The position numbers and the translations under genes were made by a program. The notes beneath the pieces were generated by a model, which saw only the letters and a list, made by a program, of their open reading frames with translations, ran no database searches and had not been told where the DNA came from. Positions 43,684-56,300 of a stretch of 64,000 nt of DNA are shown here, in pieces (the stretch's first letter is position 1; every line of letters starts with the position of its first letter). Source of the DNA: Eledone cirrhosa (lineage: Eukaryota); the NCBI GenBank assembly GCA_964016885.1, contig OZ024742.1, forward strand, positions 140,616,001 to 140,680,000. Direction: 5' to 3'.

Positions 43684-45999
43684 CGCTGACTCCAGTTTAC
43701 TCTCGATTTCTGCATATTTAAAATAAATATATTCAGAAAAATAAATAATATTCCAACAATCAAGAAACTGTTTAATTTTGTTATTGTACGTTATTTTTTA
43801 TTCTTATAATTAAAACTAATAAAAAGAGGCTTGAAATCTCAAACAACTGGAAATTAATTTATTTCGACACTGCCCCATTATTTTAATTAAAATTTATTTA
43901 TTTTATTATAAATATTTTTAAAATATTTCAAGTGAATAAAAAATAAAGTCAAATATTGAAATCATCGATCTAAAGAAATTTCAGTTATTTAATTGTAAGG
44001 TCAATAATCCAATCATTCCTGCTCTTCATTTATTGATTTCTAACATTGACACGAAATTCTGGCGAAAATAATCGATCAAATTGAACGTGGCTCTTGACTG
44101 CTACTAATTTCTTTGATCCAAATGGTGAAAATCAAAGTTGACTTGGGCGGCGGGAAGTGAATCTGCAAAATAAAAAAATCCTTCAAATTTTAGCTGAGAA
44201 GATAGTCGATTAAATAAATATATTTTTCGACTTAAAGGTTGTCATGATCACGAACTGAACGCACAAAATCCAAAGCACTTTACTGTTGACTCGCGTACTC
44301 CTAGCATCGATTTTTTTTTTTGTGTGTGGATTGATACTAATATATTACTGGAACTTATCAACCCCCGATAGAAAAAAGTGAGCTCCGAAGGGAATTGAGC
44401 ACATATTTATTTTATCTAAGTGCGTTATTTTATCACAGAGGGTGCACAGTGACTCAACAGGTAGTGGGTGCTACGACTTTATGTCTCTGCGAATTAAACA
44501 AGCAGGAAGAATGGACCTTAAATATACCACATCCATTGGCAAGGTGGTGGTGTTAAACTAGGTGACGATTTACCACAAATTACCTCATCAGCCGCCGTTG
44601 AATTAAAGACAACTATTCGCTTTTCCACACAATATATAGCGATTGTTAACGGCACTTGTGGTTGGTATATACACGAAGCGATCGCTTTATGTAGCAACGT
44701 TAAATAGTAGTTGTTTTAGAAAGGCGGTGGAAAATGGTTCCAAACTTTACTGGGAGAATATAAATATAAAATTATTAGAGGGGAACTCTAGTGCCCCTTT
44801 TGGCGTGTGAATGAGTGTGCATGTCTTCTTCTTTTCTTATTTTTTAATATAATCTATACAAACTGTTTATTTGTATGCATTATCAACCATAATAATTGTT
44901 TCTACTTTTGGCACAAGGCCAGCAATTATGACAGTGCATTACTGGTACTTTATTTTATCGAACCGGTAAGGATGAAAGGCAAAGTTAATCTCGGCGGGAT
45001 TTGAACACAATAGACATGGAATTATCAACCATAATAATGCCATGTCTATTTGTATATATGCTTTAAAATTTACACACATCAATGTTACAATAAGTTCGCC
45101 GCCTAATAGTCACAAGGTGCTGGGGGTCATAACTTTACATTTATCCCTGTAAATAGTTGTTTCTCCAAAATTACATATACATTTAATCCCGTTTGTCATT
45201 TGTACCTATATGTTGAAGATTGTGTAATTATATCCTAAAAATAAATCATTACAATATTTTTATCTTTCTAATCAATATAAAGTACAAGATTTCTCTTATG
45301 GAGACATTTAATTTATCAAAACGCAAATTTCCCAATGTATGATCTTAATTCTTCTATGCATATATCAACCCTAGACTCCAACAACTAAATACGTCATTAT
45401 TGATGTCACGGGCCCACTATAATAACAGTCGCTGAATAAAAAAATATGTAGCGCGGAGTATCCACAAACTTATTTACACAAGTCCATATTGTTAGAAAAC
45501 ATGTTTCGTTCGAAATACATGAGTTTCTTTTCATACAATTCTAAATTATGATGTTTAGCACTAGATCAGCCTTCATCCTGAGGAACTGTAATCGAATGTT
45601 TTCCAGCCCAATTTTTTTTCCAGATGTCCTTTCTTATTTAAAACTGAGATTTCTAGCATTCGAAGCGACCACATAGCAGTTTCTTTGTTAAGTGGTATAA
45701 TTTTTTAAATTTTTATTGCATAGTCAGGGCAGGGCAACGTCCGTGCGGCGGAGTTTAACAAAGTAACCCTAGAATAGGAACGGTCCCTAGGACGACGGGC
45801 TTCAAAATAGTTTCTTTCTACAAAATTTTACAAACACCTATGAGATTGAAACAGAAACCATCGCACAGTTTATTTTAAACAAACAACAATAATCATGTAT
45901 ATATTGTCTATGTTTACTATGATAATTAAATGCACCGAGATGAATACACTTTAGTGCGATTCCCTCATTCAAAGAAATTCTCAGTTTAGCTGCTACACA

Positions 46000-46012
46000 C
46001 CACTAGGTGGCG
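46000..46012 (+). promoter_or_regulatory. CTCF-like motif between the divergent genes
   Basis: CCACTAGGTGGCG matches the CCASYAGRKGGCR core. Confidence 0.45.
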
Positions 46013-46169
46013 TTTCACTTATAACTCTGAAAGTAACGATTTACGATATCACGCGTCATAGTTAATTAGCAAATTATTAAAACAAATTTTTAGTTAATAT
46101 CACCCAATCATTATTTTGTTTAACCAGTTGTAAATATAGATTTATTTAAATTCATCTTTAATGTTTCAT

Positions 46170-46258
46170 ATTCGTAGGGAAAAAATTAGCTCAGCGAAGG
46201 TCGTAAAACGAATTGTTGAATTGCTTTGTGGCGCTCTGCTGGCATAGGACTGTAGCTT
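46170..46258 (+). other. Probable non-coding first exon of the SGT gene (5' boundary approximate)
   Basis: GC/CpG-richer patch ending in a gtaagt donor at 46259. The next acceptor (ctag, exon from 47273) lies 15 nt before the ATG. Confidence 0.5.
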
Positions 46259-47149
46259 GTAAGTTGAGTCAATTTTTTATTTATTTTATGGACCTTACTC
46301 ATAACAAGTTTTAAGGGATGTTTATATTTGCTTCATATAATGTTCAAATCGAGTAGTTCTTGAAAAATATTTCATTTAGAAATATATTAACTGCATAACT
46401 TTCTTGTAAGTTTATTGATAGCAGCTGTAGTTTAAAAAATCCTGTTGTTTCATCAGTGTGTGTATGTATATATATATATATGTATATACATGTTACTACT
46501 TTAAAATGTATCCTAAGAGGCTTGAAATTTCTTAACATGTTGCTTACCATATAAGATGTCGATTTCATGTTTATGTACCTATTTTCCTGGTAGATACAGG
46601 GCACCATTTCAAAAATTACCTCGGTTCCCTCATTGTTAACAAAGGTTGTATTTATGTCATGTATATATAATATTTTTATTCTAACTTCCCAATGTTGGCA
46701 ATTATATATATATATATTTTGCCAATATTTACATTACTATTTACATTTTCTCTGTCTTCGATGTTGAGAGCTATCCCATATATCTATATTTACGTTCGAC
46801 AGACGTTTTTAGGAAGTGCAGTGAAGCGATCTAAAGTAACTGATACCCCAACTTCGATGAATACCATCATTACACACACTCATACAGAAAAAAACATTTA
46901 TTTTAGTAGTTAACGATATAACTCGAGAAAACCTTGGCTTCATGCTAAATTATGCCTCCCCAAATACTAAACGCTCTGCCAATAAGTTATTAGGAAACTT
47001 CTGTTCACATATAAAAACAAACTTTTCTCTACTACTACGAAGCTTAAATTTAATTTACTTCTACAGTGTGTTTTTTCATCAATAACTATAATCGAATTCC
47101 TGGAGTGGGTAACAGCTGCATATTAAGTGTTCCCCCGTTCTTATCCACC

Positions 47150-47212
<63 letters not shown>

Positions 47213-47287
47213 GTATATATACGTATATAATTTTCTTAATTTATCCGATTAATTCTATTTTTACACGTCTAGTTACTTTTGAATAAA

Positions 47288-47387
47288 ATGGCTGATGTCT
47301 CAAAGCTTGTATATTCCATTCTGAAATTTCTTGTTGATCAAAAAACCTCAGGAAACCTAAGTGACGATGCTGTGGAAAGTCTGGAAG
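47288..47387 (+). CDS. SGTA: SGT coding exon 1
   Basis: [33 protein letters not shown]; G|gtaagt. Confidence 0.92.
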
Positions 47388-50300
47388 GTAAGTGTATCTG
47401 TTATTAATGTCTATATGTATTTCAAGACAATTAATTAACTGAAGTTTCGCTGACATTTAGTCCGTCTCCTTTTCCAACTATTTTCGAAGATCCAATAATT
47501 TTATGGTGAAATGTGATGTCTTTATCGTATAAAATAACTGATTTATTTAAAAGCGAATTTTTACAACACAACAAGCGTTTTAAGGTCCCCTTTCCCAGGT
47601 AAAGCAGGGGCTAACCTTGCGAGCTTCATGGTAGATATACTCATCATGGAGTCCTTGTTATGGCAATATTTTATGGCCGGGTGCGCTTTCTGGCACACAC
47701 CCTTTTCGTCGCTTCTTAGGACACAAAAGGATATGGTGTCATTCTTCTAAACAATGCATTTAAAGCGAATTTTACTTCAGAGATATTAGATCTGGGATTT
47801 ATTGGTCATTCTTTTTCTACAGGTTCTCAATTTTAGACTGATTTTTATTTTACAATTGTATGAATATTGGTGAATGACAAACGTTTGTACAAATTAATTA
47901 AACTCTAAGCTTAAGTAATTTAGTCCTTCATTATGGATGTTGTATATTTCTCAACGGAGCAAATGTTTACATGTGCATAGTTTATTAGAAGTTCAAGGGG
48001 ACAAATGTTTACTATTATAGCCTCAGGTTGTGACTGAAATTTAGTAGATGGAAACTGTACAGAAGCAAGTCCACACACAATGTTTATGCGTGTGTATCTG
48101 TGTTTATATTTACTAGTGGTTCAGCAACTAGAGATTGATAAAATAAGTAGTTGATATAATAGGACAGATCAAGTGAAAAAGTTAGATAGAAATATTAGTT
48201 TTTCTAAAGACTATAAATAATTATGTTTGCAGCTAAGCAACAAACAGTTCAGGCATAATTATTAATAAACCTGCGAAAGCTAGGATATATTTGATTTGAA
48301 AGTGAAAACTGCTGAATCAGACAAATATATTAGGTAGATGTTAGTGAGGTTATTACAAACAGCATAATAACAGATGTTTCTTATTAAAGAAGCTCCATGC
48401 TTTGTGTACCAGCTGGTACAGTTGACTGTAAACTATCCCTATTTTATCGTCGTCATGTTTTTATGTCAGCTTTTTCATCCTGCCATGGTTTGGGCAAGAC
48501 ATTTTCAGTCAACAATTATTTGGCAAAATCTCCAATCATGAAAGGTTGAGTAAAGTAAATTAACCTCCACCAGTTTCTGTGAGTGTTCCAGTTGTTCAAT
48601 TAATAGGAGGGTCTACTTGTTAAATTTGTGCAAGTGGCTGAGTATCCCTTTATATGTGTACCCTTAACATAATTATGAGATTAGGTGACAAGGCTGGTTC
48701 TTTGCATTACAGCTACTGTATATCCATCATGTTTCCAAACAGTTTCTATTTATCCATTTTGTTCACAAAGCTAAGGTAAAAGACACTTGTTTAAGATGTT
48801 GTGGAGTAGGGTCAAACACAGCACCTTATGATTGTGAAATGGACTTCTTAACCATTCAGCCATGTCTGCACCAAACATAAAAAAGTCAAACAATGCCAGT
48901 GCAAAGGATAAAAAATTGCTATTAACCCTTTAGCATTCACATTATTCTATATATACTATTATATTTTCATGGTAAAGGCTTTACCTTGCATAATCATCTC
49001 ACACAATATCGAATCTATGAGATTTTGAAAGTATTTATTTTGAGAACAATACCATAACATCAGTATGAGTGGCCAGTTACAGCCAGTTCAACAGAAAGAG
49101 GTAGAGAATTTTGGCCAGTTTGAACATTAAAGGGTTAAGCAGTTGACTTGTGATACATGCATCAAGTTAAGTGTATGTGATTTATAAATTTGAATACAAA
49201 AGAGGCTTTGTTAAACAAAGAATAGTACTATATTTATTTGTCATTTTGGTTGTTATATGCTGTTAGCTAAATACATGACATAGTTTTAATTCCCTACATT
49301 AACTATTTCATTTCATTATCTCTATTGTCTTTAACCAAACTGTTCCTGGTTCTGTGATTTAAAGCTATTTATTTTAAAGTGTTTATATTTATCTTGTTAC
49401 ACCTATCATAATTTTATATAAGAACCTTTGTTCAGTTATGATCCAAATACCAACTTAATGAGAATGTTAGTTATTTTACAAAATCCTGTAAATATATTTT
49501 CAAAATTTTTAAAAACCTATAGTCAGTGTATTAGAAATATGGTAATGAAAGGGTTAAGACATGAATATTACTGTCTTAGGTGAATAATTATAAACAATTT
49601 TGTGAGTGTCTTTGATGCCTGTTTTTCCATGTTGACATGGATTGAATGAGATATTTTTGAGACAGAATCCTACTGTTGAATGTCCTTCCTCATGCTAACC
49701 TTTACTTCTATAAGAAGGTATGGATGTGGTTGCGCATGAAAATGCCAAGTAGTGAGGTTTTTCTTTATATAGAACGCAAATAAATGTCACTGCCTGCAAT
49801 GTCAAATGTGAAGATACACATGCATGTATATGATGATCTTTACAGTTTCCATTTCCCAAATTCACTCAAGGCATTGGTCAGTCCAAGGCTGTAGTAGATA
49901 CTTGCTCAAGGTGACATACAGTGGGATGGGATAATAAAAGGCCACATGATTACAAAGAGAACTTCTTAACTACACTGCCATACCCGTGGTTGGCAGTAAC
50001 TCTGAATAACAACTAACATGGACCATTTTAGCTTGGAATGCAGACCTAACATGATACACATACTTATACATTCATGCACACATGCATATACACTTTATTA
50101 AGGCTAGAATTGAACCTGTTTGGTAAGTTTTATGTTTTTATTGACAATGTTACAGTAATAAAATAGTCTAACACGGCAGTAAATTTGGTTATTAAGTACA
50201 TTATTTGTTGAACTGCTAAGTTATGGGGGTGCATGAAAAATCAGTAAACATATAGACATGGACACATGTCATGCATGCACATAGAAAAACAGGCTTCTGC

Positions 50301-53300
50301 ACAGTTTTTGTCTACTAAACATCATTCGCAAGACATTGGTCAATCTGAGGCTATAGTAGAAGATACTTGCCCAATGTGTGACTGAACCTGAAACCACATG
50401 GTTGTGAAGCAAACTCCTTCACCAGACAGCCATACCTGTGCTTATGTTCTGTATGGTTATCGTTTAATACCAAACCACCTGGAATTTCTCCTGGTTCTAT
50501 GGTTTAAGAAGTTTATTTTATATTCATCTAAAAACTTTTCGACACAATGTCACTCTTTATGTTCTGAATAACCACTTAATAGTAAAAAAAGTTATATTAC
50601 TAAACACCTCCAAATAGGGTAATGGAAGGTTAAATCTATGTATTGGTGTTAACTTTTTTGTTTTTGTATTTTTTATGAATTTCATTAAATTCTCCTATTT
50701 TACCATTTTGTCTTGTTAGTGGCCATTCAGTGCCTAGAATCAGCCTATGGAATAAATACCAACGAACCTGAAAGTGCATCCAAATATCATGTGGACAAAA
50801 ATCTTCTAGATATTTTCAATTCTCATACAAGTTCTGAGGTGAGTCACATGAAGAATTGTAAATATTTAATTGTAGATTGTATGTTTATTAACACAACCTG
50901 CCCAAAGCTACCTTTGATTTTATGAAACAGAACCACCTATTTTAAAGGGTTCCTATTTAAATTTTCCAGCATAATTTTGTATTAGAACCGTTTATTATGT
51001 TTCAAATACCATCTTAATAGTGAAATAATTTACATTCCTTCCAAATTCATCATGAATTAATTGAAATACAGTGTATTTCATTAGAAATATGGAAACGAAA
51101 GGGTTAAATCGGAGAGAGTAGTATTGACATAGGCCTAACATAAATAATCTGAATCAGTAATTTTTACATGTATGCATACATACACGTGTGTGTGGGTAAT
51201 AAATTATATTGTGAATCCCTATGCTGCTGCTCTGAGTTTTTCACTTGTTTGTGTTCATTTAGTTGTCTCAATGAACACACGAAAGCAAATATATGTATTG
51301 AGGACACTTTCTCTTGTTGGTCCCCCAAATGTGGGCCATAATTAATTTACTAATTTACTGTTAAGAAATGTGAATAAAATAAAAAAGCTTTGTGATATCA
51401 AACTTTATGATCAAGATCTCTGGCATTATGCTGTACTGCAGAAAACCTGCCTTCCCATGTGTGCAGGATGAAACAAACGTGTAGAAAACACTAGACAGCA
51501 CCCCCCCCCCCCCTCCCCATTTACCCTTCCCAGTCTTAATACCTCTCCCCAACTAAATATCCCACTCACCTTATCCATGTTTTACTTGCATACTCGTTCC
51601 TGCCCAACCCTCACCTTCCTCATCCCTGATACACTTCCTTTGTCCAACCTATAGCACATAAATAGGGAAACTGGACACACTCTACTATCACAATAAAAAA
51701 GCACTAAGTCCACCCTGTATGGTGATCTGGTGCCACAACAAAAAAGAACCCAGTTAAGTAAGGTGGACATGCTAGTGACTTGACAAAAAGTGTTCAGTCC
51801 ATTCTATTAAGTGGTTGTGTTTAGCCAGCTATTTTAGGGATGAATGTGTGTGTGTGTGTGTGTGTGTATACATATCATCATCATAATCATCGTTTAACGT
51901 CTATCTTCCATGCTACCATGGGTTTAGACATATATATATGCATATATATTTATCCTAGTTGAAAACTAATTGTGTAATATCATTTTGTTGCAGAAAACTG
52001 ATACTTTTGCTGCAAATACCTTGCATGAACCAACTCCTGAAGACAGAGTTGAAGCTGAAAAGCTTAAAAATAAAGGTTTGTATATATATATATTTATATA
52101 AAATTGTTAGCTTTGTACCTAAATCAGAAACCATTATTGGCAGTATCGGTAGAGGGTTGGATACCATGCTTTCTAGCATAGTTACGTCCCTTTACGGTCT
52201 GAGTTCAAATCCCGTCGAGGTTGACTTTGCCTTTCATCCTTACGGGGTCGATAAAATAAAGTACCAGTAATGTACTGGGTAATTGCTGGCCTTGTGTCAA
52301 AAGTAGAAACAATTATTATCATTCGTAACGCTTTTGCTCTGGCAGATGTTATACCCACACTAGCCAATGCCCAAAGGTCTTTTGGGTCATTCCTTCTTCA
52401 ACTTTCTAACACCCTCCTTAGCAAGGCTGTTTTCAGCAACAATCCTGTCCTGATGGTAATTCCTGGCTTCTCAAGCCATGCATCCAACCTTTTACTAACT
52501 ACTGCCAGTGTTTAACCATAATTGATACCAGTTCTACATGTCTTATTAGAGAAGAAATTCTAAGGTCTTATAGCCAACTTGACAAAGACTAAGGTTCTAG
52601 TCAGTGGAAGGGAAAACAGAGACCTGATCCCCTCAGGGAAATGGCCTTGCTCAGTATATAGGAAAGGCATAGGTAGAAATTCCATCTTTTGTCCCAAATG
52701 TAAACTATGGGTACACAAGAGATGTAGTGGGATCTCAGGTAGGTTAGCTAAGAATGTAGGTTTTACATGTGGCCATTGCACAGGAGCAGCAAATGCCCAC
52801 AGGAAACAAGTGCTATCAAATTCTTAGAATTCCAAAAAGCAGTAGACAGTTTTTGCTACCTTGGTGACCAAATAAGCAATGGAGGTGGGTGTTCTGAAAG
52901 TATGGTAACCAGAGTGAGAATGGGTTGGAAGAAGTTCAGGGAATTACTACTGCTGCTAGCTACAAAAGATTTTTCCCTTGAAATGTAGGGCAGATTATAT
53001 GATGCGTGTATACGGACAGCAATGTTGCATGGTAGCAAGGCCTGGGCACTGCAGAGGACCTGTAAAGATTGGAAAGAAATGAAGCTTGCATGCTTCAATG
53101 GATGTGTGATAGTAATATACATGAACAGTAAAGTATAAATGAACTGAAAGAGAAACTGGGCATAAGAGGGATCAGTTGCTGCGTGCAGAAGAAGAGTTAT
53201 GGACACATGATGTATATGAAAGATGACGGCTGTATAAAAAGGTGCAGAGTGCTCAAAGTTAATGAAAGCTATGGAGTAGGAAGACTTGGGATGAGGTGAT

Positions 53301-56300
53301 AAAAGCTGACCTTGCACAATTGATGATGACAAGAACCAAGATCTCTGGTGTTATGCAATAATACAGAAGACTTGCCTTCCTATGAGCACAGTTTGAAGGA
53401 TATATCTAGAATACACCACCTTCACCTCCATCCTCTCTTCCATATACCTCCCACGTCCTAACACTCCACCCCTCACACATTCCCCTAGATCTACCTCCTC
53501 AAATTCCACCCAAGTCTCCACCCCACACTGTAATGTGGTCGTGTAGTATCATGGCAAAAAGCACTCGGCCCACACTGTAAAGTGGTTGTGTAGGGGACAT
53601 GTCAAAAAATGCACAGTCCACACTATAAATGTGGTTGGTGTTGGGAAGGGCATCCAGCCATAGAAACCAAGCGAAAATCAGTTTTGTATGAGCAAGACCT
53701 GGCTTGTCTCAATGGGACAACTCATCTAACCCATGGTATTGTGGAAAAAGGGATGTTAAACAGGGATGATGATGATGATATATATGTATATAATCATCAC
53801 TGTTTAATGTCTGTTTTTCATATTTGCAGTGTGTGTGTGTTATCTTAACGTATAACCAATATATGGCCTATTGGTTAGGTTGTTGAGTTCACGATTGTAA
53901 GGTTGTAAGTTTGATTCCCTGAGCGAGCAACAGGATATCTTCTTGAGCAAGGCACTTAATTTCATGTTGTTTCAGCCCACTCTGATGAAAAAATAAGTTA
54001 TTATTGGCAGATTATTTTGTCATTTTGTACTATTACTGAAGATTGTTATATTTCAGATAATATAAATTAACTGTGTTTATACTTCTAGCTATAGGCTTAA
54101 AATCTTTTAAAAGATAGTTAGCATCTGAGGGATATGTGGTTTGATTTTTCACAAGGCATCTCTGTCTCCAAGGATACTTGAGCTGATCTTAACTATTATT
54201 TATAGTGATCAACTATTATTATAGTCATTTGAGATGACTATATTTCAAACCTTAAATTAACTGTTTTGTAGCTTTCTCTGGTTTTATGTCATAAATAAGT
54301 TTATTTTAAAGTATATATATTTACCTAGAAACCTGTCATCAAAATTTTGATGTAAGAACCTTTATTATGCTTCAAACATCAGCTTAATAATAAGAAAGTT
54401 ATATTATTAACTCCCTCCAAATTCTTGATTATCTAAAGAAATTATTTGAAAATCATGACTTTCATTAGAAACATGGTAACAAATGGTTTAAGCATGCTTT
54501 TTCTATCTAAATCAAACCTATCATATAAATGTTCCTTTTATAAATTTTCAGGAAATGACTTCATGAAAGCAGAGAAGTTTTCCGAAGCATTAGAGTGTTA
54601 CACAAAGGCCATTAAGTTGGACAACAAAAATGCTGTTTATTATTGTAACAGGTAATTAAATTGTTTCTTGTATATATTATTGCAACAGGTAACTATATTG
54701 TTCATATGATTCTTTTACTGTTTTCACTCATTAGACTGCCATGCTAGAAAGGATTTAGTTGATCAAATCGGCCCTAATATTTATTTTTTTCAAGTCTGGT
54801 ACTTAACATTATTGATCTTTTTTTTCTTCTTTTTTTGTCAAACCACAGTAAACACAGACATGAATATCCCCCCCCCCCCCTCATATATATATATGTCATC
54901 ATCATCATCACTGTTTTACGTCCATTTTTCCACACTAGCATAAGTTAGGCAAGTTTTCCTGTTATGGGCAGTGTTAGGTCAGGTGACTGTCTTGCACATA
55001 CAGAACTGATTTTGGCTTCGTTTCTACAGCTGGATGCTCTTCCTAATGCCAACCTCATTTAGCGTGAGTACTGCGTGCTTTTTGTCGTGTCACCAACACG
55101 ACTGCTTTACAGCGTGTACAGGGTGCTTTTTGTTGTGACATCTACTGACCACTGTACAGTGCAGGCTGGCTGCTTTTGCTGTACACGACCACTTTACAGT
55201 GTGGACTAGGTGCTTACATATGACAGACATTCACACAGTTTCTGTTTACTAAATTTCTCTCACAAGGCATTGGTCAACTGTTATCTCTGAGCTATGCACT
55301 CTATTGAGTAACGTTACTCCAAAGACCCTTCAGAGGAACCCCATTTTGGCTGCTTATATTCGCGATCGTATTCTTTTGGTCGTATTCCAAGATTCAAGAC
55401 CAGAGGTAAGGGTTAGCACAGATATCAAATTGAAAATAGTGAGTTTAGCTTTTCACACCTACCTTCTTTCTTCTGATTACTGAATACTGAAGCTGGCACA
55501 TTACTGCACCCCTCCTACAATTCTTGTACTTAATTCAGCCACCTGCCTTCCATCACAGCCCCAAGATACTTGAACTTCTCCACTTGCTTCAGTGGAACTC
55601 CATTCACATGTAGAGTGCACTGATTTATTATTTCTATGTATGAGATTAATTCTGAGTTCCAATCCCATCAAGGTTACCAAACTCCTGGTCTTGTGCCTAT
55701 AATAGAAATATTTATTATGTTTATTATTGTTTTCAGAATTGGTAGACCATCAAATAAGATATCTTGTATTTAGCTTTTTTTTTTTTTTAATATTCTCAGT
55801 TTAAATCCTACCATGGTCATCTTTGCCTTTCATCCTACCAGGATTGATAAATAAAAGACCAGTCAACTACTGGACTTGATATAATCCTCTATACTTGACT
55901 CCTACTCTGAATTCAAATCTTGCCAAGGTCAATTTTGCCATTCATCTTTTCTGAGTCGATAAATAAAATACCAGTCTAAGGCAGTGGACTAGTGGAATCA
56001 TTAGAGTGCTGGATAGGATATTGCCCAGTCTTTGTTCTGGCCCTTGGTATCTGAATTCAAATTCTACCATGGCCTACCAGCTACCATGGAAGCAATTGGA
56101 ACCACACCATGTACAAACTTATTGTTTACCATGGATAACCCATGGTATTCAACATGCTGAGAACAGTCAATATCTGCTGATGATACATTAAGAATTCAGA
56201 ACAAAAGATTTTATGTTCTGCAAGTTCTGAATGAGAAAAGAGTTTAAACAAATTTATATAAATTGTTGCACAAATGTCTTTTATTGAAGGGATTGGAGGG

